A DNA stretch of 62,902 nucleotides, filler included, from Octopus bimaculoides (taxonomy: Eukaryota), in assembly GCF_001194135.2 (NCBI RefSeq). It is 9 parts of 8 records of this genome, joined end to end, with 100 filler letters (N's around TTAATTAATTAA, not from the genome) between each part and the next. Parts side by side here need not be neighbours in the genome. Positions count along the whole stretch, not along the records: positions 60,882 to 62,902 come from NW_026319619.1; 8 more parts are not named here. One strand, 5' to 3'. The notes under the pieces are model-generated. The model ran no database searches, had not been told where the DNA came from, and saw only the letters and a list, made by a program, of their open reading frames with translations. This document shows, piece by piece, positions 62,210 to 62,902 of this stretch. Within the stretch, counting starts at the first letter, position 1. The number at the start of each line of letters is the position of its first letter. The translations under genes were made by a program, and so were the position numbers.

Positions 62210-62405
62210 TTTACCGAAAGCCAGGAACTTTTCAGCACATTGATTACATCAACCCCACTGCTCTACTGATAGTTATTTAATTGACCCTGGAGGGATGAAA
62301 ATAATGTCGACTTCAGCTGTATTTGAGCTCAGAACACAAAGATTGACAAAATGCGGCAAGGCATTTTGTCAAGTGTGCTAATGATTCTGCCATCCAGCTG
62401 CCTTA
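62210..62405 (-). mobile_element. SINE family B, degenerate
   Basis: gattacatcaacccc..tg...ttgaccctggagggatgaaa...gtcgacttc..atttgagctcagaac. Confidence 0.65.
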
Positions 62406-62902
62406 AAGATAATGATAACAGTAAGCAAATATCTTACCTGTCTCTCATACACACACATACACACAAACATAAACACACTCACATGTTTGTATATATGTAT
62501 GTATATGTATATGCATATGTCTATATATATATATATATATAATTTCAATATAGGATAAAATCTTTATAAGAATTTATCAAGTAGTTAGCGTGAAAAACTT
62601 CATAAGGGAAAAATTAATTGATTATTCCCTATGAATATATTTATTTATATTAAGGGCATTAATATACATAGATGCCTCACGCTAGGAGGGAAGTGTGAGG
62701 CATTTATGTATAGTAATGCCCTTAGTATATATATATATATGTACGTATGCATGTATGCATATATGTGTGGATGTATGTATATACACATGCATATGTATAT
62801 ATACACATGTATATATGTGTGTATATGTATACTTGTGTATATACACACACATATATATACTTATGTATATATACATATATGTATCTGTATATATATATAT
62901 AT

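Overview
AT-rich eukaryotic genomic DNA, dense in microsatellites and SINEs, with many assembly gaps. The repeat families look coleoid cephalopod, most likely Octopus (inference; no search run). Nearly all ORFs in the supplied track are artefacts of N-runs and microsatellites. Reading splice signals by eye reveals two minus-strand spliced genes that the track misses. (1) Five consecutive, phase-compatible coding exons of a BIN3 (N-BAR protein) orthologue at 12588-2645; one homology-predicted acceptor ends in AC instead of AG. (2) One exon at 43943-43814 of a GPR158/GPR179-like extracellular-domain protein. The rest is transposon debris: several SINE families, RTE, CRE-like and R4/Dong-like LINEs, Penelope-like elements with hammerhead-like motifs, a Ty3/gypsy LTR element, piggyBac, mariner, hAT, fold-back and Helitron-like elements. 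Other notable structure includes a ~61-bp multi-hairpin tandem array grown inside a SINE, several locally templated inversions and hairpins, and a CpG-depletion boundary at about 16-18 kb. Repeat boundaries are approximate.
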